Assembly (NCBI GenBank): GCA_965277285.1
Contig: OZ255721.1
Location: 736,001 to 800,000, forward strand
Reading direction: 5' to 3'
Origin: Abditibacteriaceae bacterium
GTDB lineage: Bacteria; Armatimonadota; Abditibacteriia; Abditibacteriales; Abditibacteriaceae
Length of the DNA: 64,000 nucleotides
This document shows positions 49,037 to 59,028 of the stretch, one piece after another. Numbering within the stretch: position 1 is the stretch's first letter; every line of letters begins with the position of its first letter. A program made the position numbers and the translations under genes. A model generated the notes under the pieces. That model did not search any database, was not told the origin of the DNA, and was given only the letters and a program-made list of their open reading frames with translations.

Positions 49037-50107
49037 TCAACCTCTATGCAACGCCAAAACTTCTTCCAACTGCGCGGCGCGATGCGCGTAAGTGTGAGAT
49101 TCGAGTACTCGATGCAAGGCGTTCTGGCCGATTTTGCGGGCACGTTCTAAAGTTAGTTCGCTTAGAATCTTCGCCACATCGTCGCCGTTGTGCGCGACTA
49201 AAATCTCGTGCTCGGGTTCGAGAAATTGCTCGATGCCTTCCCAATAATCGGTAACGATGCACGCGCCCGCGCCCGCCGCTTCAAAGACGCGCGTGGCCGG
49301 AGAAAAGCCATAACGCGCCATGCTTTCGCGCGAAATGTTGAGAGCACACAGCGGCGTGCCATGAAACGCGTTGTGATCGCGCGTGTAAACGTGACCGATA
49401 TAGTTGATATTCGCCGTCCGTGCGTGATCGTCCCAGCCGCTGCCACCCAGCAGAAAACGCTTGTTCGGCAACTGTACAGCCGCCTTCCAGAAGAACTCTT
49501 CGACGCGCGCTTCGCGGTCGGGCAAGCGATTGCCTAAAAACCCCAAATCGGCCTCGAAACGCGCTTCAGCGGGAACCGGAAAATGCGTCGTCGGGTCGAG
49601 CGCGTTGTAAATCGGCACGCAACGCCGCGCGCCCAACTTGGCGTAAGCGTTGATAACAGGATCGCCGCCGCCATAAGTCAAGATCAAATCGTAGCACGGA
49701 ATCAGGGCGCGAAGGGCGTCGTCCGCGTTGTTTTCGACGCGATCCAACGTCGCGGGCGCGTCCACATCCCAGAAAGCGATCAATGTTTGCGCACTTTGCA
49801 AATCGAGAACGCCCGCTTCCAAAAGTTCATCGAAGACGCCAACGCCGCTCGCTTTGACGACCAGATCGCTGCCGCGCGCGTCTTCGAGTACTCGATGCGC
49901 GGCTTCTGCGGAGTTTTCGTAAACCACGACACGCGCCCAATCGGGGTCGGCGATGTCGCGGTGTTGTTGGCGCTCATAGGCGTCGGGTTCATAAAACGTG
50001 ATGGTGTGACCGCGCTCGTGCAACGCGCGAATCATGCCGCGATAATACGTCGCCGCGCCATTCCAATAGGCCGAAACCAGACTCGATCCGAAAAAAGCAA
50101 TGTTCAT
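49037..50107 (-). CDS. CgeB/YkvP family glycosyltransferase
   Basis: SAYWNGAATYYRG, WDVDAPATL, GNRLPDRE.R, SPATRVFEAAGAG. Confidence 0.9.
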   Translation of the reverse strand: MNIAFFGSSLVSAYWNGAATYYRGMIRALHERGHTITFYEPDAYERQQHRDIADPDWARVVVYENSAEAAHRVLEDARGSDLVVKASGVGVFDELLEAGVLDLQSAQTLIAFWDVDAPATLDRVENNADDALRALIPCYDLILTYGGGDPVINAYAKLGARRCVPIYNALDPTTHFPVPAEARFEADLGFLGNRLPDREARVEEFFWKAAVQLPNKRFLLGGSGWDDHARTANINYIGHVYTRDHNAFHGTPLCALNISRESMARYGFSPATRVFEAAGAGACIVTDYWEGIEQFLEPEHEILVAHNGDDVAKILSELTLERARKIGQNALHRVLESHTYAHRAAQLEEVLALHRG

Positions 50108-50116
50108 AGATATTGA

Positions 50117-50214
50117 ACCACCAAGACACCAAGGCCACCAAGAAGAAAAGAGGAGAAGTACCGAGTACTCGATTTACGATCTTCTTCTCCTGGTGGACTT
50201 GGTGTCTTGGTGGT
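50117..50214. repeat. REP-like hairpin family B with a palindrome variant in its loop
   Basis: ACCACCAAGACACCAAG...CTTGGTGTCTTGGTGGT; CCGAGTACTCGA at 50161. Confidence 0.8.
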
Positions 50215-50217
50215 GAA

Positions 50218-51306
50218 TCAAAGTTCGTTGTAGATATTCAACAATTCGTCCACGCGATGGGCGCAAGTGTGGCGCGCGCGGATGGTTTTCAAGCCGTGTT
50301 CAGCCAGGCTTTGCGCCAGTTGTGGTTCGTTCAGGACACGGCGCAGTTGATGTTTCATTTCTTCGCCGTTTTGTGCGCACAAGAAATCTTCGCCGGGCGA
50401 AAATAAATGCTCGCAATCGTTCCACGGCGCGCTGATTAAAGGAATGCCGCAGGCCAGCGCCTCGAAAGGTCGAATCGTTGGGATGCCGGGCAAAGATTCG
50501 ACATAAGGGCGGCGCGGTACATGAACCGTCACTTTGAACTGCGCGAAAACTTGCGGCGCGCGATAATTGGGCAACCAGTTCGCGTACTCGATGCCGCTTT
50601 CGCGCAACGCAGCTTTGGCGTGTTCGGGATAACGCACGCCATGAACGCGCGCCTTCAACTTCAATGCTTTGACCGGCTCCAGCAAGAATTCGTGCAGTTC
50701 TCGCGTGCGTTCCTCGTCGCCCCAATTGCCGATCCACACCAGATCGCCTTGCTTTTCGACATCTTTTTGCGGATAGAAAACGCGCGTATCAGCGGCTTCA
50801 TGCCATGTCCAGGCGCGGCGCGTCCAGGCGTTTTGCAAATAGAGGTCGCGGATGACTTGGCCGAATGCGAGGACGCCATCGTAACCGCTCAAATCGTAAT
50901 TTGACATCGACTCGCATTCGGTCACAGCGCGATGATGCGTGTCGTGAAACAACAGTTTGTAGCGATTTTTGCGGCGATGTTCACCAACTTTCCTGACCAG
51001 TCCGTGTTCGTTCCATTCGTGAACAATCACCAAATCAGCGTCACTCAAAGCATCATCGAGATTGAGCGTTTGCAGATCATATCGAGTACTCGAATTGGCC
51101 AATTGCGGATAAAACTGACGAAATTCTTCCAGCGCATTTTTGCCATTTTCCTGCACCAAGTTCTGCACGCTCCACGCGTCGCGCGGCTCGAAAACCTGCA
51201 CATCGTGGCCGCGTTCAACTAATTCGGACGCGACGCCACGCAGAAAATGCGCGTTGCCGTGATTCCAATCGGACAACAAAGAGTGGCTAAAATAAACGAT
51301 TTTCAT
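50218..51306 (-). CDS. CgeB/YkvP family glycosyltransferase
   Basis: SDWNHGNAHFLRG, HDTHHR, WIGNWGD.ER, PTIRPFEALACG. Confidence 0.9.
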   Translation of the reverse strand: MKIVYFSHSLLSDWNHGNAHFLRGVASELVERGHDVQVFEPRDAWSVQNLVQENGKNALEEFRQFYPQLANSSTRYDLQTLNLDDALSDADLVIVHEWNEHGLVRKVGEHRRKNRYKLLFHDTHHRAVTECESMSNYDLSGYDGVLAFGQVIRDLYLQNAWTRRAWTWHEAADTRVFYPQKDVEKQGDLVWIGNWGDEERTRELHEFLLEPVKALKLKARVHGVRYPEHAKAALRESGIEYANWLPNYRAPQVFAQFKVTVHVPRRPYVESLPGIPTIRPFEALACGIPLISAPWNDCEHLFSPGEDFLCAQNGEEMKHQLRRVLNEPQLAQSLAEHGLKTIRARHTCAHRVDELLNIYNEL

Positions 51307-51322
51307 CGGGGAAATTTGATCT

Positions 51323-51401
51323 GTAGGGACGCAGTTCACTGCGTCCGGTATGCGCTTGTTCGATGCTAAAACTCAACGGACGCAGTGAACTGCGTCCCTA
51401 C
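51323..51401. repeat. Inverted pair of GTAG-type REPs (family D)
   Basis: GTAGGGACGCAGTTCACTGCGTCC ... GGACGCAGTGAACTGCGTCCCTAC. Confidence 0.85.
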
Positions 51402-52483
51402 GATGTCGTGAGTTCTCGATACAACGCGAAATAACTTTCCGCCATGCGCTCGGACGTAAATTCTTGCGCTCGCGCCTGCGCCGCATAAGTCAGTTGAAGG
51501 TAGCGCGCCGGATCATCGACCAAACGTGTCAAAACTTCCGCCAGACCTTCGTCATCATCGGGCGCCACGAACTCGGCGCACGCGGTTCCGCACGATGCGT
51601 CGTCCCAGATTTCGCGCAGTGTAGCAATGTCGCCCAACACCAGAACGCAACCGCTGAGCGCCGCTTCCAGGACAGAAAGGCCAAACGGTTCATAGCGCGC
51701 GGGCAAGCAATAAATGGCGGCGCGTCCCATCCAATCGCGGATTTCGTTTTCGCTCAAGCGCCCCAGAGTTCGCACATTCGCCGCTTGAAGTTCGCTTCCG
51801 TGCGCTGACTCATTGGCGCCCGCCACATAAACCGGCCACGGCAAAAATGGCGCGACTTTGTTCAACAACGCCAGGTTTTTCGCTTCGTCCCACAAGCGTC
51901 CCGCCGCGAAGATAAACGGCTCTTTCGCCGTCGATCTCCATTTCGTGGTGTCGCAGCCGTTGTAAATAACGCGCGTTGGCGTTCCAAAATCGTAATGCGG
52001 CCGCAAGCTGTCCAGCATCGCTTGCGTCGGTGCGACAACGTAATTCGCGGCGCGCAAACCCGTTTCGACACGTTTCGAGTACTCGATCCATTCCGGCGGC
52101 GCGGCTTCGTCTTTCACGGCGCGCCACCAACCCAAAACATCGGAATGCGCAACCACAATTTTCGGCGCCTGAAAAGCACAAGCGCCGTGCGAAAATCCGC
52201 CCAGATGGATCACGTCGGGCGCAAATTCAGTTTCCAATTGCAAAAGCCAATCGCCGGACGCATCGACATCGCGCCAAGGATCGGGCATCCATTCCAAAGC
52301 GAAGTCGCTTTCGCGCAGTTGCAAGTTGGAAATTGCGTCCGCTTCGCTGCGTTGCTCATCATTTGGGCGCGCACCAATTGTCGCCAGCAAAACTTCGACG
52401 TTGTGCGTTTGAAGAGCGCGCACCAATTCCAGCGAATAATTCCATACGCCGCCAACCGCATCCGCCGTCATTAAAACACGCAT
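51398..52483 (-). CDS. Glycosyltransferase family 4 protein
   Basis: MTADAVGGVW, AGRLWD.AKN, YEPFGL..LEAA..G. Confidence 0.9.
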   Translation of the reverse strand: MRVLMTADAVGGVWNYSLELVRALQTHNVEVLLATIGARPNDEQRSEADAISNLQLRESDFALEWMPDPWRDVDASGDWLLQLETEFAPDVIHLGGFSHGACAFQAPKIVVAHSDVLGWWRAVKDEAAPPEWIEYSKRVETGLRAANYVVAPTQAMLDSLRPHYDFGTPTRVIYNGCDTTKWRSTAKEPFIFAAGRLWDEAKNLALLNKVAPFLPWPVYVAGANESAHGSELQAANVRTLGRLSENEIRDWMGRAAIYCLPARYEPFGLSVLEAALSGCVLVLGDIATLREIWDDASCGTACAEFVAPDDDEGLAEVLTRLVDDPARYLQLTYAAQARAQEFTSERMAESYFALYRELTTS

Positions 52484-52598
52484 GAAAATTGATGATTGAC
52501 GAATACCGATTGACGATTTGGCGTTGCACAAACTTCGACTTTTAATTTGATGTAAAGAGCTTCGCGCAATCAAGAATCGTCAATCGGTATTCGTCAAT

Positions 52599-53564
52599 CT
52601 AAAATCGAATCAGGGCTTTCATAAAGCCGTCGGGACGGTCGCGCGTGGCATTCAAGGCATCCGCCAATTGGCCTAAACCATACGAATGCGTGAACAACGG
52701 CGCGGGTTCGAGTACTCGATTCGACATCGCTTCGGCAGCTTGCTCGATGCCTTCGAGGTATTTGCGTTCTTCGCGTTCGTGCGCGTTGATGACATCCAGG
52801 CCGCGCCAATTCCATTGCTGCATATTGACTTCGCGCAAGCCGTCCTGATGATAACCGGCGATGATCAAGCGTCCCATTTCTTTGGTCAGGGCGGACGCGA
52901 CATCGAGCGCGTTCTGCTTGCCGACGGCTTCAATTACGACATCGCACATAGCGCCGTTCGTCAGCTCTTTCACGCGCTCCACGATCTGCCATGTTTCGCC
53001 CATTCCAATGGTTTCGGTGGCACCCATTTGCCGCGCGAAATCGAGCGAAAATGGGCGCCGCGAAACCGCAATCACGCGCGCTCCGGCGTGCGAAACCAAA
53101 CGCGTCAGCAAAGCGCCCAGAAAACCAATTCCGACAATTGCCACTGTGTCGCCGCTTTGGATTCCACTGCGCTTAAAAATGTTGATCGCACAGCCGAGCG
53201 GTTCTCCTGGAAACGCTTGACCATCCAATTCCGGCGACAATTTGATGACGGCTTTTTGTGGCGCGACATCGTATTCGGCATACGAATGGTTCGATAAAAA
53301 CGCCACGCGGTCGCCAATTTCCAAGTCGCTTACATGGTCGCCAACTTTGTCGATGACGCCCCAGCCTTCGTGTCCTAACTGGCCGGGTTCGTAAGGATAA
53401 TTGAACCACGGACGCCCTTCCCACGGCGGCAAATTGGACGCGCAAACGCCACATCCTTCCAATTGGATGCGCACTTCGTCATCTTTGGGTTGAGGGCGCG
53501 GCACATTTTGGATTTCGACGCGTCCCGGCCCGATAATCGTCGCCGCGCGCATGGTTTCACTCAT
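52599..53564 (-). CDS. Zinc-binding (MDR) dehydrogenase
   Basis: GCGVCAS, GHEGWG, G.GFLG. Confidence 0.9.
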   Translation of the reverse strand: MSETMRAATIIGPGRVEIQNVPRPQPKDDEVRIQLEGCGVCASNLPPWEGRPWFNYPYEPGQLGHEGWGVIDKVGDHVSDLEIGDRVAFLSNHSYAEYDVAPQKAVIKLSPELDGQAFPGEPLGCAINIFKRSGIQSGDTVAIVGIGFLGALLTRLVSHAGARVIAVSRRPFSLDFARQMGATETIGMGETWQIVERVKELTNGAMCDVVIEAVGKQNALDVASALTKEMGRLIIAGYHQDGLREVNMQQWNWRGLDVINAHEREERKYLEGIEQAAEAMSNRVLEPAPLFTHSYGLGQLADALNATRDRPDGFMKALIRF

Positions 53565-53760
53565 TGTTTGTCTCGCTTTCGAGTACTCGATACATGGAAA
53601 AGTGTGTTCGATGTTGCAGTACACGCCCATGAATGAGCGGGCTAAAATCCGCAAGACCACTAAAGCGGCCTCAAATGTGAGGTGTAGCTCCGTGCAGCCC
53701 CATTCATGGGGCTTTTCTATTAGTCCGCTCGTTCACGGGCGGGCGCTCATCGACGGCAAT

Positions 53761-54876
53761 TCAACGGACAAATTCTTTAGCTGCATTTTCTCGCAGCCAC
53801 GACAACAATTGCGCGACGCCATTTCGCACATCAGTTTGCGGCGACCAACCTGTCGCAGACGTGAACTTTTCGACATCGGAAACATAATAACGCTGATCGC
53901 CCGGGCGCCAATCGCCGAACTCGACGCGCGGCGTTTGCCCACACAAGTCGCCAATCAGTTCGATGAGTGCCAGCAAACTTGTCGTGTTTCGCGCGCTGCC
54001 GCCGATGTTGAATGCCTGACCCGACAAACGATTGATGTTGTCGCGCGCGATTAAAAACGCGTCCACCAAATCGTCCACCAACAAAATGTCGCGCACTTGC
54101 TTGCCGTCGCCAAAGAGCGTAATCGTTTCGTTTTCCAAGGCGCGCAGCAGAAAATGCGCGACCCAGCCTTGATCTTCGTTGCCGCATTGATGCGCGCCGT
54201 AAATGCAACTCATGCGAAAGACGACCGCTGGAATCCCGAAAGTGCGCGCATAATCCAGCACATATTGGTCAGCGCTGCCCTTCGAGCAACCGTAAGGACT
54301 GTGGAAATCAAGCGCGCGCCGTTCGCTGATGCCGTTCGCGCGCAAAGTCGCGTCTTCGGGTTCATAACGATTGTCGCGCAAATGCAAAGCGACATCATCC
54401 AGGCCGCCATACACTTTGTTAGTCGAAGTAAAAAGCAAAGGTATCGGCGAATCGAGTACTCGAATCGCTTCCAGCACGTTCAAAGTGCCGCGCGCATTGA
54501 TCTCGAAATCTTCGATAGGCTGAACCAAACTCGTCGTGACTGCGACTTGCGCCGCAAAATGAAACACAGTCGACGAACGTTCCACCGCGCGCGTGACGGC
54601 TTCCGCATCACGAACATCGGCTGTGCAAACTTCCAAATTAGCGCCGTGCGTTTCCTGCAACCATCGCAAATTGCGTTCAACTCCGGCGCGCGACAAATTA
54701 TCAAAAACCAGAACACGCTGACCGTTCGACAATAAACGATGCGCCAGATTGGTCCCAACGAAACCCGCGCCGCCCGTGATGAGAATCGGACGTTCATCGC
54801 GCGTCGCGCCGCCGTTAAGGATTGGAAAAGAATGGCCGTTTTGACCCGAATCGCTGTGCATAATCACCTCGTTCAT
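53761..54876 (-). CDS. NAD-dependent epimerase/dehydratase (CDP-paratose 2-epimerase-like)
   Basis: ITGGAGFVG, AAQVAVTTS, STNKVYG, PYGCSKG, EDQGWVAHF. Confidence 0.92.
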   Translation of the reverse strand: MNEVIMHSDSGQNGHSFPILNGGATRDERPILITGGAGFVGTNLAHRLLSNGQRVLVFDNLSRAGVERNLRWLQETHGANLEVCTADVRDAEAVTRAVERSSTVFHFAAQVAVTTSLVQPIEDFEINARGTLNVLEAIRVLDSPIPLLFTSTNKVYGGLDDVALHLRDNRYEPEDATLRANGISERRALDFHSPYGCSKGSADQYVLDYARTFGIPAVVFRMSCIYGAHQCGNEDQGWVAHFLLRALENETITLFGDGKQVRDILLVDDLVDAFLIARDNINRLSGQAFNIGGSARNTTSLLALIELIGDLCGQTPRVEFGDWRPGDQRYYVSDVEKFTSATGWSPQTDVRNGVAQLLSWLRENAAKEFVR

Positions 54877-54883
54877 TTTCGGG

Positions 54884-55999
54884 TTAAACCGTCAGGCCGC
54901 GACTGGACAGTTCGCGCGCCGCGTCATCCACGCGATCTTCGGCGCTTTGCGTTTGAAGCCATTGCGCCAGTTCGTTCAAGCCAGCTTGCCACGCGACTTG
55001 CGGCTCAAACCCCAAAACCTCGCGCGCATGCGAAATATCGGCATAACAATGGCGAATGTCGCCGACGCGATATTTACCGGTCACTTCAGGCGCAATGTGC
55101 GTTTTATCAAGCGCTCGCGCCATATCGTGCGCCACATCCAAAACGCTGCGCGGCTGCCCGCTGCCGATATTGAAAACCTGTCCTGCCGCGTCCGCGTTTT
55201 CCATCGCCAAACAGCAGGCGCGAGCAATATCATGAACATGAACAAAGTCGCGTTTTTGATGTCCGTCTTCGTTCACCAAAGGCGATTGACCATTAAGATA
55301 GCGCGACGCGAAAATCGCCAGCACGCCGGTATAAGGGTTCGATAACGCCTGGCGCGTGCCGTAGATATTGAAGAAGCGCAGCGCCGTTGTGGGAATGCCG
55401 TAAGCGCGCCCAACGAGCAAGCTCATACGTTCCTGATCGAACTTGGACAGCGCATAAATCGAAGACAGCGCAGGCGTTTTGGTTTCGGGCGTGGCAACCG
55501 GTTCGAGTACTCGATTGTGAATGTCGCGCACTTCCCAATCACGGTTTTTGAGCTGCGACAAAGGACGTTCGGTTGCGGTGACAAAGTGACCTTCGACATC
55601 GCGGTACAAGCCTTCGCCGTAAATGCTCATGCTGGACGCGACGACAAGTTTTTGGACGGGCTTTTCGACCAGCGCTTCGAGCAAAATCGCCGTGCCCATG
55701 TTGTTGACTTCGGTGTAGCGCGCGATTTCATACATACTTTGCCCGACGCCAACCGTCGCAGCCAGATGAAAAACCGCATCCACGTCTTGCAAAGCGTTGC
55801 GCATCGCGTGCGGATCGCGCACATCGCCCGCGATCAGCTCGACATCATCGTGCAAATAATCGGGACGTTGCGTCGCGCCGTGAACTTGTTCGGAAAGTGC
55901 ATCAAGGACGCGAACGCGATAACCGCGCGCCAAAAGCTCGTCGCACAGATGAGAGCCGACGAAACCGGCGCCGCCCGTCACCAAAATCTGTTTAATCAT
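54884..55999 (-). CDS. NAD-dependent epimerase/dehydratase
   Basis: VTGGAGFVG, ASSMSIYGEG, YALSK, SNPYTGV.AIF. Confidence 0.92.
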   Translation of the reverse strand: MIKQILVTGGAGFVGSHLCDELLARGYRVRVLDALSEQVHGATQRPDYLHDDVELIAGDVRDPHAMRNALQDVDAVFHLAATVGVGQSMYEIARYTEVNNMGTAILLEALVEKPVQKLVVASSMSIYGEGLYRDVEGHFVTATERPLSQLKNRDWEVRDIHNRVLEPVATPETKTPALSSIYALSKFDQERMSLLVGRAYGIPTTALRFFNIYGTRQALSNPYTGVLAIFASRYLNGQSPLVNEDGHQKRDFVHVHDIARACCLAMENADAAGQVFNIGSGQPRSVLDVAHDMARALDKTHIAPEVTGKYRVGDIRHCYADISHAREVLGFEPQVAWQAGLNELAQWLQTQSAEDRVDDAARELSSRGLTV

Positions 56000-56198
56000 T
56001 CCCAACCATTTTAAGAAAAATAACGATGCCTTTTCAAGCATCGTTCAAGAAGAAGAACCTGCAAAACGAAGACCAACAACAAAGAAGAACGTCGAAACGC
56101 GACAAAACCCGCAGAAAAGCGCATCGAGTACTCGAAATGCTCCTCCTGGCGTCTTCGATTTAGAGTCTATTTCAGCGCAGTTGCCGGAACGAAGACTT

Positions 56199-56265
56199 GT
56201 AGGGGCTTGGCGTGCCAAGCCTTCGCTCAATGTTACACAGAGGGCTTGGCGCGCCAAGCCCCTAC
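56199..56265. repeat. Inverted pair of GTAG-type REPs (family D)
   Basis: GTAGGGGCTTGGCGTGCCAAGCCC ... GGGCTTGGCGCGCCAAGCCCCTAC. Confidence 0.85.
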
Positions 56266-56315
56266 GCGATGTGACAACGCGATTGAAGGCAGCTTTTTGG
56301 TTTGCTAATTTAAAA

Positions 56316-58085
56316 TCAAACCAGTTCGATTTCTTCGTTGCCCAGCAGCACGCGCGCTAATTCTTCGGCTGTGGTCAGGCCGTTTTTGAGTTTGTCGATG
56401 CTGTCCTGATAAATGGTGCGCATTCCGTTGGCGCGCGCAATCGCCTGCAATTGGTCGGCATCGGCGCGATCCATAATGGCGCGGCGAATGTCTTTATCGA
56501 TGTTGAGCAGTTCCATTACGGCGACGCGTCCGCGATAACCCGTTCCATGACAATGATCGCAGCCAACGCCATGATAAATGGTCGTATCGGGTCGCAATTT
56601 GAGTTGCGCGATTGCTAAATCATGCTCTGGCGTGTGCAGCGGAACGGCCTGGCGACAATGGCGACAAATCAGGCGCACCAAACGTTGCGCGACGATGCCC
56701 GACAAGCTGGACGCAATCAGAAACGGTGGAACGCCCATATCCTGCAAGCGCGCAACCGACGCCACCGCCGAGTTGGTGTGAAGAGTACTCAAAACTAAAT
56801 GTCCGGTCAGAGCGGCGCGAATGGCGATGTCGGCGGTTTCGCTGTCGCGGATTTCGCCGACCAAAATCACGTCCGGGTCTTGCCGCAAAATCGAGCGCAG
56901 GCGCGCCGCAAACGTGTTGCCGATTTCGACGTGAACATGACATTGCATCACGCCTTCCAATTCATATTCCACCGGGTCTTCAACGGTGACCACGTTCTTC
57001 GCTTCATCTAGCGTGGAAGCCAGAGCCGCATACAAAGTTGTGCTTTTACCGCTTCCCGTCGGGCCTGTGACCAGGATCATGCCGTGCGCGCGGCGCAGCA
57101 TTTCGTCGAACTGATCGTGTGTTCCTTCGGTGAAACCCAGTCGCGTCAGATCGGTGACAAGGGCCGAATGATCGAGCAAGCGCAACACGACTTTTTCGCC
57201 GTGAATGCCAGGCAAAGTCGAAACGCGAAAATCTAAACGGTGGCCGCCGACGCTGGCGCGAAAACGCCCGTCCTGCGAAAGTCGCGTTTCCGTGATGTTC
57301 AAGTTCGCCATCACTTTCATGCGCGACACCAGAGGCGCCAGCATTTCGCGCGGCAACAATCCGCCGGTGCGCAAATGTCCATCGACGCGATAGCGCGGCA
57401 AAACGCCGTTGGTGCGCGGCTCCAAATGCACGTCGGAGGCGCCCATTTGCACGGCGCGCAGCAAAATCTCGTTGGCGGCGCGCACAGTTGCGCCCATCGC
57501 GGCGTCTTCGATGGCGTCTTCGTCGCCGTCCAACTTCACGTCCTGCGTGCGCAATTGCGGCGGCGGTTCATATCCCAGACCGATATGAACCGTTGACATC
57601 GTTGCCGAAACCGGCATAACGCTTGGAGGCGCGACAGTCGAAGTCACGGTGACCAGAGCGGCAGGCGCTGCACCATTTTCAGCATGACCGTTGGTTTCGC
57701 TCGCCGTATTTTCCACCAGCACCGAAACGATTGGAAAATCGACGGTTTCAAGAGAAGACGATGAAGCGGGCGATGTACTCGAATCATCCGTGAAAGCTGA
57801 AGGCGCGTGCATAACGTCAGACGGATTTTGTGTTGACGCGGCAATCGGTGGACGCGACAGCGTTGTATTTTGTATTCCGACAGAAGTTGTCGGCGTCAAC
57901 AGCGCCGGAACCTCGAAAGCGCGCGGGTCGAAAAGCAAAATATCGGCACGCGAAACCCAGCCCAACTCGACCAGAACGTGCGAGAGATTCTTCTCCGTCG
58001 TGCGCATCTTCGCCGCCGATTGCACCTGCTCCATCGTCACGCGACCGGCGCGCATCAGCGCTAATGCCAGATTTCTTTCCGTCAT
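56316..58085 (-). CDS. GspE/PulE/PilB family secretion or pilus assembly ATPase
   Basis: ASDVHLEP, RYRVDG.L, QDGR, GPTGSGKSTTL, EDPVE, LRQDPD..LVGEIRD, TGHLVLSTLH, CxxC zinc motifs. Confidence 0.95.
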   Translation of the reverse strand: MTERNLALALMRAGRVTMEQVQSAAKMRTTEKNLSHVLVELGWVSRADILLFDPRAFEVPALLTPTTSVGIQNTTLSRPPIAASTQNPSDVMHAPSAFTDDSSTSPASSSSLETVDFPIVSVLVENTASETNGHAENGAAPAALVTVTSTVAPPSVMPVSATMSTVHIGLGYEPPPQLRTQDVKLDGDEDAIEDAAMGATVRAANEILLRAVQMGASDVHLEPRTNGVLPRYRVDGHLRTGGLLPREMLAPLVSRMKVMANLNITETRLSQDGRFRASVGGHRLDFRVSTLPGIHGEKVVLRLLDHSALVTDLTRLGFTEGTHDQFDEMLRRAHGMILVTGPTGSGKSTTLYAALASTLDEAKNVVTVEDPVEYELEGVMQCHVHVEIGNTFAARLRSILRQDPDVILVGEIRDSETADIAIRAALTGHLVLSTLHTNSAVASVARLQDMGVPPFLIASSLSGIVAQRLVRLICRHCRQAVPLHTPEHDLAIAQLKLRPDTTIYHGVGCDHCHGTGYRGRVAVMELLNIDKDIRRAIMDRADADQLQAIARANGMRTIYQDSIDKLKNGLTTAEELARVLLGNEEIELV

Positions 58086-58392
58086 AAAACGTCCTCACCT
58101 TGCCTTTCAATCAACATCGAGTACTCGAATCGAGTACTCGAATAAAGAAGCCATCTTGTAAATACAACTGATAATTTGGCGCAGTAATTCGTTCAGAAGA
58201 CTACTCGTATTCGTTTTCTGCACACTCTCAAATTTCATTAGCACAACTTTTCAAGCATCCTTATTTTATCACGAGCGACGCCGCCGAAAAGAAAAGAAGT
58301 CCGTGCCTGAATCTGGAGATTTTTCAAGCGATATCCTTGAAGCAAATGTCAAAATTGGCGCGTTTGGTGCTTGACCGTTATAATTCCCCTTT

Positions 58393-59028
58393 GTGATAAG
58401 TGACCAGAGAAGTCTGCGAATCGGTTTGATGGGCGGCACCTTCGACCCGATTCACAACGGTCATTTGTTCATCGCCGAAGAAGCGCGCGTGCGTTGTGCT
58501 TTGGACAAAGTGCTTTTCATTCCGAACTCTCAACCGGCGCATCTCAAGCGCAAAGTTGCCGATTCGGATGCGCAAACGCGCTTTGAGATGACCATTTTGG
58601 CGACGCGCGACAATCCGCATTTTGAAGTATCGCGGGTTGAAATCGAGCGTGAAGGTTTGTCGTATGCCTTTGATACGATTCGCGCTTTGCAAATCGAGTA
58701 CTCGAATGCCGAACTTTGCTGGATCGTTGGTGCCGACACCATCGCCGAAGTAGCGACGTGGTATCGCGGCAGCGAATTGTTCACGCTGTGCCGCTTCATC
58801 GCGGTTTCGCGTCCAGGCTTCGATCTGGAAAGCGCGGCGCAAAAGTTGAGCGAAGAGCAACGCGCGCAGGTTCAATTCTTGGAAAGCAACGGTTTGGAAA
58901 TCGCCAGCCGCGACTTGCGCGAACGTGTGAGAAACGATCTGCCGATTCGTTATTTAGTGCCAGACGAAGTGGAACGCGCCATCCGTCAACGCGGTCTTTA
59001 TCGTTCCAATTTGGAGGAAAAATTATAA
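58393..59028 (+). CDS. nadD: Nicotinate-nucleotide adenylyltransferase
   Basis: GGTFDPIHNGH, SY..DT, I.GAD, IASRDLR.R. Confidence 0.95.
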   Translation: MISDQRSLRIGLMGGTFDPIHNGHLFIAEEARVRCALDKVLFIPNSQPAHLKRKVADSDAQTRFEMTILATRDNPHFEVSRVEIEREGLSYAFDTIRALQIEYSNAELCWIVGADTIAEVATWYRGSELFTLCRFIAVSRPGFDLESAAQKLSEEQRAQVQFLESNGLEIASRDLRERVRNDLPIRYLVPDEVERAIRQRGLYRSNLEEKL

